Shown here in pieces: positions 12,800-26,005 of a stretch of 64,000 nt of DNA (the stretch's first letter is position 1; each line of letters opens with the position of its first letter). Under the pieces are notes generated by a model. That model made no database searches, was not told where the DNA came from, and worked only from the letters and a program-made list of their open reading frames with translations. Origin of the DNA: Octopus vulgaris (Eukaryota); contig OX597815.1 in assembly GCA_951406725.2 (NCBI GenBank), positions 43,152,001 to 43,216,000 on the forward strand, given 5' to 3'. A program made the translations under genes and the position numbers.

Positions 12800-13372
12800 G
12801 ACATGCTTGTTTCAGTTTCCTTTTACCAAATCCACTCGAAAGGCTTTAGTCAGCCCAAGGCTAAAGTAGAAGACATTTGCCCAAGATGCCACGTAATGGG
12901 ACTGAACCCGGAATCCTGTGGTTGGGAAGCAAGCCTCTTACCACACAGTCACATCTGCGCCTACCAAATCACACAAATTTATAAATCTTATGTTAAAACC
13001 TTATTGAGAATGTTCCACATGTACTCTGTCTTCCTCTAAATTTCAAATCATTCCTTAGCGTTGCGAAACACATTTTGAAGCATTTTATGTGTTATCTTCA
13101 GCATTGCTAACTGAAGGCATTCTTTAAGCCAAACTATTGCTCCATCCTGATGATGGAGATAGAGAAAATGATTGTAGCCAAATTGAAAGCGGGATCCAAC
13201 AGGAATAAATATAAAATTATAGAAAGAATTATAAAATAAATATGAAATTATAAACAACATAAAAAATTTATTTACTTTCAACACATGTTACAAGTGATAA
13301 ACATCAAAACAAATAAGTTTTAAAAAACTGTCCGATTTCACTGAAATAGATTGTTAATTCTGAGACACCCTA
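12416..13372 (-). mobile_element. Tc1/mariner-superfamily deletion derivative nested in the hAT MITE
   Basis: TIRs GTGTCCCAGAATTAACGATCTATTTCA / TGAAATAGATTGTTAATTCTGAGACAC, TA flanks; residual HQDGA..ITHKMLQNVF..HVEH transposase C-terminus. Confidence 0.8.
12490..12963 (-). mobile_element. SINE family A nested in the Tc1-like element
   Basis: Diverged match to family A. Confidence 0.85.
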
Positions 13373-13633
13373 TATTCTAAGGGTCTGTGAAAAAATTTTG
13401 CTTTAGATGTTTTTAATGCAAGAAACAGTTAGGTTTCTTTCTCAAATGTTTTACATAGTTCAACATGTTTCTGGCAACTGAAACCTGTTCCCTCAGAGAA
13501 TTCTATTGCAAACCTATATAAGTTGAGAAGTATCTATATATGTTGAGAATTATCTATATAGAACTAGCTTTTAAACACTAAATGGCTGTGGGGATCCACC
13601 AGAGGTCCACCAGAGGTCCACCAGAATAAAATA

Positions 13634-14145
13634 CTGCGATGCCTCAATATACGAGTTAATATATTCCTGGAGGCTGCTCGTAAAGTGCAAACTCGTAAAG
13701 CAGAGCAATAATTTCCCATAATAGCAACCATAATTCGTTCCCAGAAAATATTTTACCGATAAAATTTATAATACTCGTAAATAAATGGCAATGAAACAAC
13801 AGTAGAATTTAAAGAATATTTTATGTAAAGTAAAAAGGTTGTCAAGATCATTTATAATAAAAAAAATATTATTATAATTGTTTTCTGAATCACCTTCACT
13901 CGCAATAGACTCGTGCACACCATCACTTGTAGATGCGATCGCCGATTCACAAGCACTCGTAGACAGACCTTTGCTTAGAAGGAGCTCTATTTTTTTTTTT
14001 TTTTTTTGTCGCTCTCTATAAATTTCTCGGTAACATGCAGAAGCATATGACATGATAGTAGAAACGTTTGCACTTCGTTCAAAATTTGGATCTTGTGCTC
14101 GAAAGATAAAGCTCGTAAACCCGAGATCGAGATCTCGTAAAGTGG
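13634..14145. mobile_element. Tigger/pogo-like non-autonomous element, right end damaged
   Basis: Starts TA|CTGCGATGCCTCAATATACGAGTT; CTCGTAAA subterminal motifs repeated at both ends. Confidence 0.55.
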
Positions 14146-14472
14146 GTCCAGGAAAAGTGACGTAGGTGAAAAATGGTTGAGAACCATATACTGTAAGCTT
14201 TCAAACTGCCTGTGATGGTGAATGATGTTAAAATGTCTTTTATTTTATTTATGTTTTCCGTTCTTTTTTCTTGTTTTTTTCACCACTCCCTTTCTGTCTA
14301 CCTGCAGGCTGACTTGCTTGACGGCTGCTTGTCGGCTGCCCTGTCTGGCAGGCTTTATACAGTGATCATCCGATCCCTTTATTTATTTATATTTTCAAAT
14401 CCCTCTTAAGTTATTACATGCTTAGTGTTGTAATTTAATTCTCAAAAGCCTTTCTTTCTTTCTTTCTTTTTT

Positions 14473-14507
<35 letters not shown>

Positions 14508-15459
14508 CTTCTTTCTTTCTTTCTTTCTTTACTTCCTTCCTTCCTTCTTTGTATTTTCTTTGTTTCCTCGTTTAAAATCTTTATTTCTCTTTGTGTTTAT
14601 TTCTCCTTTATATTTTCCCAATTTTAATAAACCCCACCACCTCCCAAACAAAAAAACTCTCGGGAAATGTCACTGACTTCGTTCTAAGATGTACGATTGT
14701 TATCAAATACTTTTATGCTGTCAGGCCCCAACACTTTCTTTCTTCCAAATTTCTTTATCGACTCCGTCCTATCTCTGCCATCTGTTGCATCAAGCGACTG
14801 TTAGAAGACGCGCGTTAAATTTAATACCGCATGAAACTGTATATGGCAGGGTCGACAACATGATTGGTGGAATAAACATTTTGTTTTCCTTTTTTTTCTA
14901 AGTTTTCAAGGTTTACTGGAGAGTCCCTGGGTTCTATGTAAAATATTAAAACATTCTTCTGTACTTGGATTGAAAGTTATTTATATTCTTCTACATTTTC
15001 CTAATTTCAAGCATTGAACTGTAGCTATGGTGGAGCGCTACCTTTTGAGGGTAAGTTGAACGAATCGTCCCTATTACTTAATCACTCGGTTATTTTTGTA
15101 AGGCCACAAGGTAACGAGGATGTAAATAAGCCAACACCTGCTGTGTGAGGGAGGAGGTGACAAGCACAAAGACGCATGCGCACACACAAACACGTATGCA
15201 CGCATATCTGTATAAACACGAATGGCTTACCCGCAATTTTCTTCAAACAAAATCACTCACAAGCATTGCTCGGTCCAAGAAGTCGTATAGTAGGACTGAA
15301 CCTGTAAGTATGTGGTTACGAAGTGAACGTCATAACCACGTAGCCATGCCCACATACTTTTACTTTTATTCTAGCGTACATACATATATACATACATACA
15401 CGCACATACATACATGCATATACACATACATAATTACATACTTACACACACATACGTAC

Positions 15460-15917
<458 letters not shown>

Positions 15918-18126
15918 TAAAGACATTTAATATACTTTATAGTATATAACGGTTGCGTAACGAAATACCAAGTGCCTGCATCTCATTAACGCAAACTGGT
16001 ATATCCAATAACTTAACACCGCTGTATGCGGTGGTTATATAAGCAATACATTTGGAGACAAGAGTGGGTTAGATGGGTGCAGATGGAGGTGCAAAACTCC
16101 ACGAAATATGGCATATACACCTATTTTTGTCTGCGATCTCATTGTTTGTTTATATCTGACGTTTCGATACGAAACGTTGTAGCAAAAAATCATTGCTGCT
16201 ATAATTTCTGTAGAAATAATTACATACATTCACACACGTACATACATATCTATATGGAAATGTATTGTTTTAGTTTTTCTTGTTATTTCTTTCCTTACAA
16301 TAACAATTATGGATGCTGTTCCTTATCACTTGCATGTTTTTAAGACGAAGTCAAATATTCATTCACACACTCACCAATCATAGTCACCCGTAGATGCTTC
16401 TTGCCCTATTCTCTCTCACATACTCTTAAGCAGTCAACAGATGCTTCTTGACAAGCTCTTCACTCTTGCTCAAACTTTATATTCTTTTGCTTCTTGTATT
16501 TAATTATTTTTCTCTTCTAAAAATAATAACACGAGCATATGTTAGAAAGGAGAAATCTCCTTATCTCATGTTCCATCTTTTCCAGTAAATCCACCTGCTC
16601 CATCATCTCTACCTATTCATCCATCTTTAGAAAACAGCCAACATTGCCGTTGTCATGCGATTCGAAAATTAGCAGTTAGTGTTCAATTCGCATTAACGTC
16701 TTTGATTTAATGAGTCTATATATTTTAAAAGAAAAAGGACGTTAATATTAAAGAATAACGGTGTTGCTGATACTGCTGCCGTTCTACAGTGTATTTAATT
16801 AAGGGTACGCATGTCCCATCATATTTTATTATACATGCATACATATATACGTGCGTACATACATACATGCATACATGCATACACGTATGTATGTATATAT
16901 GTATGTATTTATGTATGTATATATGTATGTATGCATGTTTGTATATATGTATGTTATGTGCTGTGTGCTTAACCCCAGGTCAACACAATCCCAACCATGC
17001 CCTATCTGTCTTTTTTCGTATTATGGTGTTATTTAATGGTGATTTCATACTTTTGATCTGTATATAATTACTCTGTCCTCTGTATTACCACAAAAGTTTC
17101 TGACAGCTAGTCCCAACACTTCATACCTAACCTGATGTAATTTCAGAAACCTTTTCACAGAATCAGTTGGCTTCCATACTTTCTTCAGATTAACTTCAAT
17201 TCACTGAAAAGTCGATTTGTACTGTTAGATCATACAAACAATAAGTTTCTGATTTTCATCGGCAGAGCAGTCTTAAGACGGCCCCTTTTCTCTACCAGTG
17301 TCTGAAGTTTATATTTTACTTCAGCTGTTTGATTCACGAAATTCAATATCTCCGAGGGCACTTTGAATGAGGCTCTCTCCAACTACAAAGGTTTCAGTAG
17401 CACCATCTTATACCGACCAGACTAGTGTCTAACAGGGACTTCAAAGTTAATAGTCTTTTATTTCTTTCCTTAGACTTCATTAAATTTTCCCATCGGTGTG
17501 CTGACACAAAACACTAAAAATGTGTGTATAATCATTGTATGACGCCAAAATAACTAATAGCTTTAGCACAGCAATTGACAACCGCCTGTTTAATAAAAAA
17601 AAAATAATCAACGAGCAAGCAGCGCAAGTCATAAAAACTGCTTCTGGGTTCTTATCAAGTTTGGATTGCAGTATTTCAGCCTTGTTAGAGCTTTTCTGTA
17701 AAAAGTAAAAAAACCTTTTTGTCAGTTTCACAAAAATAATATATCATACAAAAACTGTGAGATAGTTTGTATAAGTCTGGTTTGACGCTGAGAAATATTT
17801 GGAAGTTTTAGGTTCTGTCACAGTATAATCCTAAACAACAATAACACTTCTTATAACAGTCAGTGATAAGTATGATTGCTTACCACTTCTAAAACAGCAA
17901 ATTTTTTAAAGGTGGCCATTCAAAAATGCACCAAATTGTGCAATTAGGCTCTCTAGTTAAGGTGGTCGCTTTGCAAATACGTGCTTTCAGGTTTGTCCCG
18001 CTACGCGGCACCTTGGGCAAATGTCTTCTACTATAGTTCCGGCCGACTAATGTCTTGTGAGTGAATTTGTTAGGATGAGGATGAAACTGTGTGGACGCCC
18101 TTCGTGTATATATATATATATATATA

Positions 18127-18611
18127 ATTAATTAATAAGGGTGAGAGAATTAGATACTAATTTAATAGTATATCTATTCAACACCAAGTGGCCCAGTGCC
18201 CCGAGAAACCTGGATTATTATAATATTTTATAATATATTATAATATTTTATACAAAAATAAATATAAGAGAGTGGTCACTATATGACTCACTCTAGCACT
18301 AGTAAATTCAAAAGGTTTCAACCACAAAAATACATGTTTCCCATGAAAGTCAGTACGATTGTTAGCTCACACGAACAGGGCAAATAAAAAATAACAAAAT
18401 ACAGATTATTTTGGGACAATTCATTTAATTCATTAATAGCGAAACAATTGTCCCAAAATAATCTGTATTTTTGTTATTTTTTATTTGCCCTGTTCGTGTG
18501 AGCTAACAATCGTACTGACTTTCATGGGAAACATGTATTTTTGTGGTTGAAACCTTTTGGATTTACTAGTGCTAGAGTGAGTCATATAGTGACCACTCTC
18601 TTATATTTATT
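18127..18611 (-). mobile_element. Fold-back element in (TA)n: ~165-bp inverted arms plus ~130-bp one-sided tail (family F1, copy 1)
   Basis: Arms 18257-18421 and 18446-18611, 24-nt spacer; tail and outer arm nearly identical to 49702-49929. Confidence 0.85.
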
Positions 18612-18618
18612 ATTATTA

Positions 18619-18674
<56 letters not shown>

Positions 18675-18905
18675 GTATAGATGTAAGTATGTACATATAC
18701 GTATGCATATATATATATATATGTATATATTATTTATATTATTATATATATGTATGTATATAATACAAAAAGATAAAAGAAAATTCCTAAAATATCCTAT
18801 TGTGCTTGGATTCTATGATCTTTTCTTCACTCCTAAGTGTAAAACCTCTCTCAACTAGAAAGATTGTCAGCACCACAATACAACACAATATTTCAGCCCG
18901 GTATA

Positions 18906-19100
18906 AGGCGGGGAGGTGGCAGAATCGTTAGCACGCCGGACAAAATGCTTAGCAATATTTCATCTGTCTTTATATTATGAGTTCAAATTCCGCGTAGGTC
19001 AACTTTGCTTTCACACTTTCTGGGTCGATGAAATAAGTGTCAGTTGAGCACTCTGGCCGATGTAATCGACTCCCCAACCCCAAATTTGAAATCAATATTT
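18906..19100 (+). mobile_element. SINE family B, short-tail variant, diverged
   Basis: GGCGGGAGGTGGCAGAATCGTTAGCACG..GAGTTCAAATTCC..GGTCGATGAAATAAGT. Confidence 0.8.
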
Positions 19101-19724
19101 CAGTCTCCTATTTCTTGTTTTCTTTTGCGCTTATTTTTTTTCCTATCAGCGTGAGAAGATTCTTTACATAGAAAATTCCAATTCAGCAAAGAATACCCTC
19201 GGTCTGGATTTTGTTAATGAGTTTTCAATTTCTTCTGCTTTTTCTCTCAGTCATTAAATTTATTTTGACATCGGTTTGACATCTAAGCACAATAAAAGTA
19301 ATAAACTGCACCCCTTGATGGACAGTGCAGTCATCACTTAGTCAAATGCTGTTCGCCATTGTCATAGATTGGGTAAAACATTAAAGTTTTGAGAAAACGA
19401 CAATTCCCATTCAGTTTACTTTGACTTTAACTGATTGACAACGGAAACGAGATTCTGGCTTGGAGTCAGAAACATTTTTGCTTTTATATATGACTAACTT
19501 TAACAAAAGAATGCATGCATTTTCCCTGTGAGAAACCACACTGTTGAGTCTAGATGATATAATGGAATTTCAGAGCCCATGTCTAAAGTATTGGCTCTGA
19601 GAGGCGGGATATAATGATGCATCACCTTCACTATCTGGCTGCGATATGTGAGAGATTTTATTGCAGATGAAATTAAGAGAGTGGATGGTTCTATGGAAAG
19701 GAGAAGTCACTGGTTTCTTCATTA

Positions 19725-19952
19725 GGCGAACTAGCAGAATCGTTAGCACGTCGGGCGAAATGCTTAGCGGTATTTCGGCTGCCGTTACGTTGTGAGTTCA
19801 AATTCCGCCGAGGTCGATTTTGCCTTTCATCCTTTCGGGGTCGATAAATTAAGTACCAGTTAAGCCCTGGGGTCGATATAATCGACTTAATACCTATGTC
19901 TGCCCATGTTTGTCTCCTCTATGTTTAGCCCCTTGTGGGTAATAAAGAAATA
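19725..19952 (+). mobile_element. tRNA-derived SINE family B monomer with 13-bp TSD
   Basis: B-box GAGTTCAAATTCC; central GTCGA.TTTGCCTTTCATCCTTTCGGGGTCGATAAATTAAGTACCAG (resembles the MetaSINE domain, from memory); TSD GGTTTCTTCATTA at 19712-19724 and 19953-19965. Confidence 0.9.
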
Positions 19953-21634
19953 GGTTTCTTCATTATTTGCTTATTATGAAATTGTATTGTGATTTCAAAA
20001 ATGCAGTAATATTTTTTCTTGCTTTTTTTGAAACCATACTCGTCTGGAATTCGAAACTACCGAATTTTCTGAGACGTACTGAATATTTTGTGTGAGCATG
20101 TAATCTGAAAAGAAGTCAGAACTAAAAAAATAGTGTAAAAATATGATTGTTCAGCCTAGAATATGGCGATCAATCATTCTCAAGAAGGCTTTTAATTTTA
20201 AAACTTTTCATTAAACTAAGAGGATCAGAGTTATTTTAATTATTATTCATCCTTATGGAAGGCTCCCCATCGCGAAAAAGCCCTAGATATTTTTGTTCCT
20301 AATTACATATACTAATGATTGTATTTGAAATTACACACTTGGGATATGTTTACACCAAGACCTCGTGCATGATATCTAACTTAATAGATTCCGTTGGTCG
20401 CCAAGAGGACAAAAAAGAAGGCTTTGAAAATATAGAAAATCAAATTCAAATATATAAAGTCGTATGTATCAGATGTACATTCAAGACAGAAAAAAAAAAC
20501 GAAGCAGAATGCAAGTATGCCTTTAGACTAAATCTTGAGAATGATCTCCTAACATTTGAAATGAATGTACAGTGGGAATTTCAATATATATATGTGTGTG
20601 TGCGCGCGCGCGTGTGTGTGTGTATGAGATTTAAGATGAGACATTGAAAACATATATGAGATGAAAAAGCTATCATACAACGCTGATGATTACCATCCTC
20701 AAACTAGGCAGACATCTTGATAATACTAAAACTCTAGGGATGTTTTGTGTGTAACTGAAATATCTCAGAAATAGTATATTTCATCTTAATTTTTAAAAAT
20801 ATTTATATTCATATTTATATTCGGCATTGCAGTACAAATTTGTGTGACATTTGGACCTCTATTTACGATTAAACACAATTTTTGTTATTTCTTGACAAAA
20901 AATACATAGCTTCCATGGCGTCAACTCATACACACATACAGAATAAACACACATATAATGAATGTCATGGCGTGTCAATCAACAAAAACACACGCCCACT
21001 ATCTGTGGCATACACACACACATAGTCTTCGCGCTCTCTAAGAAAAAAGAAACCGTCAACCTTTTGACGTACACACTATTTTAATCATTTAGAAATATTT
21101 TTAACTGAATGTGATTTTATCATCCGGAGTTCTTTAATTTCCGTAAAAAAATTTTTATTCATTTACTTTTGTTTTAAAGTGAAAGAGAGAAGGAGTGAAA
21201 CATGTATGTACGTGTATATGAAATGGACGTGTGTGTGAAAGAGAGAGAAAGAGAGAGAGCGCGCGAGAGAGAGAGAGAGGAAGAGAGAGAGTGAGTGAAA
21301 GGGTGTGTTGTAATGTATACGTACATACATCAATACATATGCGTACGTGTGCACGTGTGTGAGAGAGAGAGAGAGAGAGAGAAAGAGCGTGTGAATGAGT
21401 GTGTTTGAGTTCTTACTTTTTCTCCCCCCCCTCTCTCTCTCTCACACGTACGCACGTCCATTTAATAAACACGTTCATGTATCTTTCACTTTTTCCTCTC
21501 TTTCACTTTAAAACAAAAGTAAGAGATGATTTTCTGGAAAAAAATTGTTTAAAAAGGCTTCTACTCATGTAAATTGGCTACTCTTGTTTGAATAGTTCCA
21601 ATTAAATAAGTCCACAAGTTAGGTCAAATATATA

Positions 21635-21838
21635 CAGTGAAGGGAAATAAATATTCGTACATGTCAAAATGCTTTATTTATTTAATTTCTAATGAACATA
21701 AATGGGATATACCAATACTATATTTGCATACACATTCATAAACTAAGAATATGCAAAAGAAACTAATAAATTATAGTATCCAAGGAATTTATATACAATT
21801 ATAAATATTTAGGGGTGAATATTTATTTCACCCCACTG
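21635..21838. mobile_element. Tc1-like MITE
   Basis: TIRs CAGTGAAGGGAAATAAATATTC / GAATATTTATTTCACCCCACTG with TA on both sides. Confidence 0.8.
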
Positions 21839-22262
21839 TATACATGCATAAATACCGTGATTTCCCATTCTACAAAATGGCAAACAATTCCGTGAAACAC
21901 TTTACCGGGCAACGCTGGGTAGTAAATCTTGTAATAGCTATTATTTCCTTTTGAACGGTGGAGAGTACCGTTAAAGGATTTAATCACCCACACTAGATGA
22001 TCCATACTTATTTTATTGATCCCAGGTAGGTAAACGACCAAATTCTACCACGCCATGATTTTGAACTTAAACTAGCTCAAATAAAATCCCGCAAGTCCAA
22101 ATCATTTTGTCCACTGTTCTCCGAAATCGGTCGTACTTTGCTAATTTGTTTAAATAACATCATCGAGACGTGTGAGCCAAACATCATTATCATTACGGTT
22201 GTTGTTATTACTGTCATCTCCCGTGTGGTTTAGTATCGTTGCTATTATCTCAGTTTCATTTG

Positions 22263-22380
22263 CCATTGCTACTAGCGCCTTTTGTGTAATTTGTTATAAT
22301 CTTTGTCAACGCTTTTGACGTCCATTGCAACTAACGCCTTTTGCGTAATTTGTTATAATCTTTGTCAACGCTTTTGTCGT
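22263..22380. repeat. ~59-bp tandem duplication
   Basis: CCATTGC.ACTA.CGCCTTTTG.GTAATTTGTTATAATCTTTGTCAACGCTTTTG occurs twice. Confidence 0.9.
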
Positions 22381-22608
22381 CTTCGACGTTACTATTGTTA
22401 TTATTATTAATATAAGACGTAGTAGCCTAACTATGGCTTTCCAAAATCAACATGTTTGTTTTTAGATATATTAATCACAACCGGAAGCTATTGAGGCGAC
22501 GTTGGGAATTTGGGTAGAGTTTGCACTTATTGACTTAACTTCCATCGGCAGTTTTTTTTCTCATCAGAACATTAACAGCATCTTACTATCGTTGGCATAA
22601 TTTCATTT

Positions 22609-22649
<41 letters not shown>

Positions 22650-23129
22650 TGTGTATGCATAATATGTTTGTGTGCGTGCGTGTTTGTGTGTATGCGAGTG
22701 TGCGTGCGGAAAAAATATGTTGATGTTTGCGAGTTTCTACATAAATCAGAACCGTTTATGATTTTATTTGATATCAAAATATCTTTTTGAATTCCAAACC
22801 TAAGTGCAAAGCTATTTATGAAGAATCTATATTGCAAAGGCCAACACGTGCACGGACAAACAAGCATATCATACAAGTAGATGGTAATATTGAAGAATTA
22901 AAAGGAAGATTACAGTCTGGTAGAGTACATTAAAAGAGAATGAGATTAGCTTAGAGTCAGTTTTTGTGCGATAAGGGTGTAGACGACTGCATATAATATA
23001 TCATTAATATATTGCGGGTGTTTATTTAATCATCAAATGCAGTAGGATGTTGAGGCTGGCATAAATTTTAGCCGAAAGTGAATACCATGCTAATCCGGCA
23101 CCGGGCTGTATAATGATTTTCTTCGTTGA

Positions 23130-23464
23130 AAATTGGTTTCAAATTTTGGCACAAGTACAGTAACTTCGGGAGAGGAGGTAAGTCGATTACATCGACTCCC
23201 ACCCCAGTACTCAACCGATACTTATTTTATCGACCCCGAAATGATGAAGGGTAAAGACGTCCTCGGCGGAATTTGAACTCAGAGCGTAAAGAGGGAGTAG
23301 GAGTGGCTGTGTGGCAAGTAGCTTGCTTACGAACCACATAGTTCTGGGTTCAATCCTATTGCGTGGCACCTTGGGCAAGTGTCTTCTACTATAGCCTCGG
23401 GCCGACCAAAGCCTTGTGAGTGGATTTGGTAGACGGAAACTGAAAGAAGCCCGTCGTATGTATG

Positions 23465-23530
<66 letters not shown>

Positions 23531-23653
23531 GTACTAGCCGTCTGAATGTGGCTAGCCACTCCCACCCCCAGTGGCTAGCCACATTCAGATGGCTAGTACA
23601 CTTTACGTTGTCGAGCGGTTACTGTTTATATCTCGTTCGGAGATTTATTAATG

Positions 23654-23712
<59 letters not shown>

Positions 23713-24008
23713 ATATGTATGTGTGTGCATATGTTTGTGTGTCTGTGTTTGTCCCCCCAATATTGCTTGACAACCGGTGCTGGTGTGTTTACGTCCGCGT
23801 AACTTAGCGGTTCGGCAAATGAGACCGATAGAATAAGTACTAAGCGTACAAAGAATAATTCCTGGGGTCGATTTGCTCGACGAAAGGCGGTGCTCCAACA
23901 CGGCCACAGTCAAATGACTGAAGCAAGTAAAAGAAGAAAAGAAAAGAATAGGGACGAAATGCCACTAAGCGTGTTGCCTAGTAGGCTTACGATTCTGCCG
24001 GCTCACCG
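23130..24008. mobile_element. SINE B (minus) split by a SINE A (plus, ~23297-23945) that itself carries a fold-back insert
   Basis: SINE B 3' part 23130-23291 and head 23951-24008 flank a complete family A copy. Confidence 0.8.
23525..23655 (+). mobile_element. Fold-back insert in (TA)n: 36-bp arms, 9-nt loop, ~50-bp tail
   Basis: Arms 23525-23560 and 23570-23605 (one mismatch); (TA)n on both sides. Confidence 0.8.
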
Positions 24009-24224
24009 TCTTTTTTTTTTCATTGAATATTGATTTCAGATTTTGGCACAAGGCCATCAGGTTTGAGGGAGGAGGTAAGTCGATCACATTGACTCTTGAA
24101 AGTAAAAACGGACGAAATGTCCCTAAGCATTTTCCCCGGCGCTGTAACAATTCTGCCAACTCGTCCACCGTATTTAATTGAAGTGACACAAGCACGTAAC
24201 AATATATTAGTTGAGCTGCTGCTG

Positions 24225-24560
24225 AGACCTCCTTCGGTCATGACTGACCATGGGATTGCACCTAGAAAGTTAACCTCCCAGGCACAAGTCCGGGCAAGGT
24301 TGTTTATGGAAGACCAGCAGTCGCCCATGCATACCTGCCTCCCCTCTCCACGTCACCAGTGTTATCCAAGGGAAGAGCAAAGGCCGATACAGCTTGGCAC
24401 CTGTGACGTCGCAACTCATTTCTACAGCTGAGTGAACTGGAGTAACGTGAAATAAAGTGTCTTGCTCAAGAAGACAACACGCAGCCCGGTCCGGGATTCG
24501 AACTCACAACCTCGCGATCGTAAGCTCGGCGCTCTAACCACTGAGCCATGCGCCTTCACA
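24225..24560 (-). mobile_element. tRNA-derived CORE-like SINE family D
   Basis: Minus strand GGCGCATGGCTCAGTGGTTAGAGCG..GAGTTCGAATCCC then TCTTGAGCAAGACACTTTA; second copy at 28066-28391. Confidence 0.9.
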
Positions 24561-25066
24561 TTATATTAGTATCGGTATAAATATCAACGTCAACATTATC
24601 AATATTGTCATGCAACACCATCGCTACCATGATCATATCATTAATAAGGCCATTCAGGAGGAATCCTCTACGACCGTCACTCTGTCTGCTAGAAATCGCA
24701 GTCAAAACTGATTTAAACAAGCCTCAAAGCATAATGTTGTCATTAATGTAGAAAGTCTGAATAAGAATGGTCACAGTTGGAATGTATCAGATTTAAGTGT
24801 TTCCGAACCTGGAATTGTGGAGTGGCAGAATCGTTGTGGTATTTCTTTATCCTTCTTGTGTAAATAAATAAACTTTTCTATCAAGTCCGGGGATTCATGT
24901 AGTTGACTTACTCTCACTGACCAAAACCGTTGGTCTTGTACTTAAACTAGACACAATTATGTACAAAAAAATGTTTGGGAAAACAACCCCTTTAATTAAA
25001 ATGTTTTGGCGCAGGTTGTTTGGCGCTTGAGGGTTTTCTTTTTCTCTTCTGAGATTTTATCTAGAT

Positions 25067-25321
25067 CAGTGCTTCTCAATCATTTTTTGCTTATGAACCT
25101 CTTTGATCCCTATTTTACTCGGATGGACCCTTATAGCCATTCGATGTTTTAAAAAAATCTTATTATGTATTTATACTTAAATATTATAAGGAATTGCATT
25201 AAAAATTGTTCAAATTTTGGGGGTATTGTAGAAATGTAATCAATTTATTACACATAAATTTTAATAACAAAATCTTATACGGACCCTTAATTGCCATATG
25301 GACCCCGGTCGAGAAGCATTG
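25067..25321. mobile_element. hAT Charlie-like MITE
   Basis: Termini CAGTGCTTCTCAA / TCGAGAAGCATTG; degenerate 8-bp TSD ATCTAGAT/ACCTAGTT. Confidence 0.8.
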
Positions 25322-25498
25322 ACCTAGTTCTTATGACGCTCCTGCTTTCTTTCAAGAGCCTCATCGATATTTAAGAAATATCCACAACGAGAACTCGGAT
25401 GTGGTTCGTGTATTCCATTAGTAGAGAGTACACGTTCATATCTTTATAGAATATTTTAACTCTCCCTTTCATTGTCCCTTTAATTCAACAGTGTGTAG

Positions 25499-25558
<60 letters not shown>

Positions 25559-25582
25559 TACATACATACATACATACATACA

Positions 25583-25618
<36 letters not shown>

Positions 25619-25622
25619 TATA

Positions 25623-26005
25623 TTAAAAATTTAGATTCAGATGAATATGGTACTTAAGTTGAAGCATTAGAATTTAGTATGGTATTATCCATACAATTTA
25701 AAATAAGGTGATTCTAATCAAAATAAGCAACAAGGATATCCAGAGTTAATGCAGTATGGTTGTTTCATGCGACTCCTTTTGATTGAACAATGCAAACATT
25801 ATATCAATTTAAAATGTAGAGCAATCTTCAGCTGCACAAAAAAACAGAATTTTATTAAATTTGAAGGACACATTAGTATAATTTTATTCAAAATCTCCAA
25901 GGGAATTAGGAGATAGACAAAGAACATTTAATTAAGACATTTAATTAAATTCTATGTTTTTTTGTGCAGCTGAAGATTGCTCTACATTTACATTGATGTA
26001 ATGTT
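25623..26005 (-). mobile_element. Hammerhead-bearing element H1, copy 2, with inverted partial copy
   Basis: 25623-25921 homologous to 11437-11760; inverted partial duplicate at ~25940-26005; abuts (TA)n on the left. Confidence 0.75.
25750..25836 (-). ncRNA. Type I hammerhead ribozyme motif, cleavage triplet mutated
   Basis: Minus strand TGCAG-CTGAAGA-TTGCTC...GGAGTCGCAT-GAAAC-AACC-ATA-CTGCA. Confidence 0.65.

Larger units (their letters stand above)
12373..14190. mobile_element. hAT (Charlie-like) MITE inflated by nested insertions, 8-bp TSD
   Basis: Termini CAGTGGTTTTCAAC / GGTTGAGAACCA; TSD CTGTAAGC at 12365-12372 and 14191-14198; internal pieces match the 25067-25321 MITE. Confidence 0.85.

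Noticed and set aside
20315-20647. 110-aa ORF
   Set aside because: No recognisable motif, AT-rich, and runs into a microsatellite.
21895-21932. Helitron-like 3' hairpin CCGGGCAACGCTGGG
   Set aside because: Terminal CTAG is degenerate and no 5' end could be located.
24485-24560. tRNA gene-like sequence (also near 28320-28391, 27945-28020, 31900-31975)
   Set aside because: Each continues directly into a SINE body; these are SINE heads.
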